In this document: piece by piece, positions 61,801-64,000 of the stretch | Layout: every line of letters starts with the position of its first letter | Position numbering within the stretch: position 1 is the stretch's first letter | Assembly (NCBI GenBank): GCA_051942245.1 | Contig: JAVECL010000009.1 | Coordinates: 1-64,000 of the forward strand | From: Trypethelium eluteriae | Lineage: Eukaryota | Length of the DNA: 64,000 bases | Direction: 5' to 3' | Made by a program: the position numbers and the translations under genes | Notes under the pieces: generated by a model | The model's database searches: none | The model's input: the letters and a program-made list of their open reading frames with translations, nothing else | What the model was told of the DNA's origin: nothing

Positions 61801-62840
61801 CAACCCTGGATATAGGCGAACGTTGATACGGCGTCTTCTGGGTGAGATTTTTGAGCTTGGACGGCTTTTTGGCAGCTTTGGCTACAGTTTGATCAACTTC
61901 AGAGCCTTCCTTGCCACCGCGAGGATGACGAGCAAGCTTACCCAAGAGTGCCTTGTCGTCACCGGCACGACGTCTAAAATCATTCCGCGACTGGCGACGA
62001 ATGTAATTTGGTAGGCTTGCTACGAATAGGTCAGTTACACGATAGCTCTTCACGAATGAGTTGATTGGCTGACTCTTAAGATAATTGCCTGTGTCTATTT
62101 GGACAGTTCCAATGTTCACGAAGTTGTGGAGACGTTGCGATTTGGTAGCTTCAACCAGAGCATCATAGTCAGTGACGACAAAAGACCCTGACTCAGTACC
62201 CCTGGGTGCTTTCAAGGGGACTTTTTCTAAACTAACACTATCGTCTCGATCACGGGAGACGCCTAGCGGAGTGTCTATATTCCTGAGACTGCTGCGCCCA
62301 GTGCCCTTGAATCATGTTAATACTGAACGAAGAATGGACTGATCGGAGCGTAGTTACCAATTTAGAGAAGTCTGCGATATTGCTGTGTTGGAGGGCCTGG
62401 GGCGAGATGGTACTTGAATAAGTACTGGCTGCTAGGTTGTATGCATTCTGTGCAGGTCCAGGGGTCAGGCTCGGATCAAGCCGAGATTCGTTATAGTTAA
62501 GATGGCCATTGAAGAAGTTGTGGCCAGGGTATGCGGCTGATGTCTGATGTGTGTATGGGTGATATCCAGTGTTTACTGATGCGGAGGCAGGGTCATGATG
62601 GATTGGAATGGTGTTGCTATTCCAGCCCTGCCGAAGCGCATGCGACTGATGATTGGCTGGAAAGGTAACCTCGTCAGGACCGTGATCGGGCGGCCACAAA
62701 GACGGGTCATATTGATTATTGGCAGCGCCAAATTGCAGATCACCGTAATTCGATAGATTGTTGCTATCAGCGAATAAGCTGCGGCCTGGTGCCCCCGGCA
62801 TCCCATTCTCGCGTTCACGCGACACGTGATCCGAGTTCAT
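58872..62840 (-). CDS. PNUTS/Ppn1-like PP1 regulatory subunit (TFIIS-N-like domain, RVxF motif, C-terminal CCCH finger), 5 exons
   Basis: The ORFs join through canonical introns (~62308-62358, 60985-61373, ~60827-60881, ~58953-59017). Helical segment LLARCTTITNEALEKTHLVKVLPRF, PP1-docking KLRVTFK...LVEVRVF and a Q/P-rich region. The last exon is KKFTLPCKFFREGKCMKGAQCTYVHE*. Confidence 0.8.
60476..60499. repeat. (GAT)n microsatellite encoding poly-Ser in the PNUTS-like gene
   Basis: A run of about 8 TGA/GAT units, translated as a Ser run on the minus strand. Confidence 0.85.
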
Positions 62841-63016
62841 GTTGAAATGTATCGTGGATCACGGGGAACAAGTGCGCACAGACCGCGACCAGGTTGGACC
62901 GGCGTCGGGTGGCAGACGCGGCCGGCAGTCGCTGGTTGGATGCAGATGATCACCACCCGTTGAAGCAGCGCCCGATTGACTAGCCGTATGAGGCGACGGA
63001 GTAGCCTGATCTGGTA

Positions 63017-63054
63017 AATTTGGGTGAATTTGGGTGAATTTGGGCGAATCTGGA
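63017..63054. repeat. 10-bp tandem repeat (AATTTGGGTG, ~3 copies plus a degenerate one) upstream of the PNUTS-like gene
   Basis: The sequence reads aatttgggtg aatttgggtg aatttgggcg aatctgga. Confidence 0.8.
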
Positions 63055-64000
63055 TTGAGTTTGGAAACCAGCGTTACTGAGCCAGAAGGTTAAAAGCTCC
63101 GCCTGGGGCCAGAGGATTTCGGTGCTGTGTCCTGCCGCCAGCAATGCAGTGCTGAAGGACGTGCCGGTATGGGATGTAGAGAAGGAAGCTGGGAGCTTAA
63201 GCTGCGCCCACAATACTCAGTGATCAACCACCGCACTCCCAAGTTACTTGGCGAGAGCTCGGTACACGATGCCTTTTAGATGGCTGTTGTGCCACTGTTC
63301 ACTGCGGGACTTGATGATATTTCGCTGCATCGATGAGCACTGAGTACTGAGTACCCTCTCGAGACCAAATCTCGCGCGACCGACCGCCACCCAAGTCAAC
63401 GTCGCCACACACTTCCGCCGCCGCCACCGACACTTCGTCCTGCGACAAAGAACGCCAGGCTTCTTATGTAGAATGGGAATACTCAGATGCACGAAGGAGA
63501 GGTTGGAGCCGATCAACGCAGCAATCGCCAGCTGAGTGGTTATGGAGGGAAGGTTGTGAAGAGGGGAGGGCGAGGCAAGTGAGGTTACGGCGGGAAAAGT
63601 GCAGGAGCTGGGCAGTACTTAGCGCCGGTCGGTCAAAGTTCGGTCCGACATGCTTAGCGTCATCTGCTTGGAGTGGAATTATGCCATGCTGATGAACAAA
63701 GTGTTTGCATGAGACCACCAAGACCTGCATGCACTTTAGCTACCTTATGTACCCTTTCTGTTAAGCAATGGAATCTGCTTGACGCGTTTTCTTGAGACAT
63801 GAAGCTACCCCACAGCTAAGTTCTTTCTCCGTTGAGATTCCTGGACGTGCCTGGTCCTCCAATACCATGACCTCGACGCAACAGAGCTTACGAGACCGTC
63901 AAGTCGGTAGGCTTCCCATTTGGACCTTCTAAATTCGAGTTCACTAAAGCTGACTGGTCAGCTTCGATTGAACGGATCCTCAATCTCAACCACACCCCGA

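Overview
This is a gene-dense, intron-containing window from a filamentous ascomycete (Pezizomycotina), with GT-AG introns and CTRAC/CTAAT branch points. About 27 genes can be supported. The left ~24 kb looks accessory or secretome-like. It opens with a transposon end nested in a RIP-damaged Myb/SANT-like pseudogene, possibly the terminus of a Starship-type giant element. It then carries a lone cytochrome P450, a large Ser/Thr-rich GPI-type protein with three exact 73-aa repeats, an ankyrin protein, tail-to-tail S53 and S8 secreted proteases, an AA9 LPMO and several decayed ORF fragments. The right ~40 kb is mostly conserved housekeeping: MRPL20, proteasome alpha1, a WKF protein, UPS1, DUF3455, a MOT1 molybdate transporter, a HAD hydrolase, LMW-PTP, ILV5, a claudin-like protein, a metallophosphoesterase, a DUF218-like protein, a PLD-family protein, a class III chitin synthase, UBC12, RRP4 and a PNUTS/Ppn1-like PP1 regulator. 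The PNUTS-like gene has an unusually long AATAAA-containing intron. No tRNA, rRNA or CRISPR feature was recognised. All family calls come from motif recognition by eye, exon boundaries were inferred manually, and no database search was run. I cannot demonstrate a new system. The best leads are the possible Starship terminus and possible intronic-polyadenylation autoregulation of the PNUTS-like gene.
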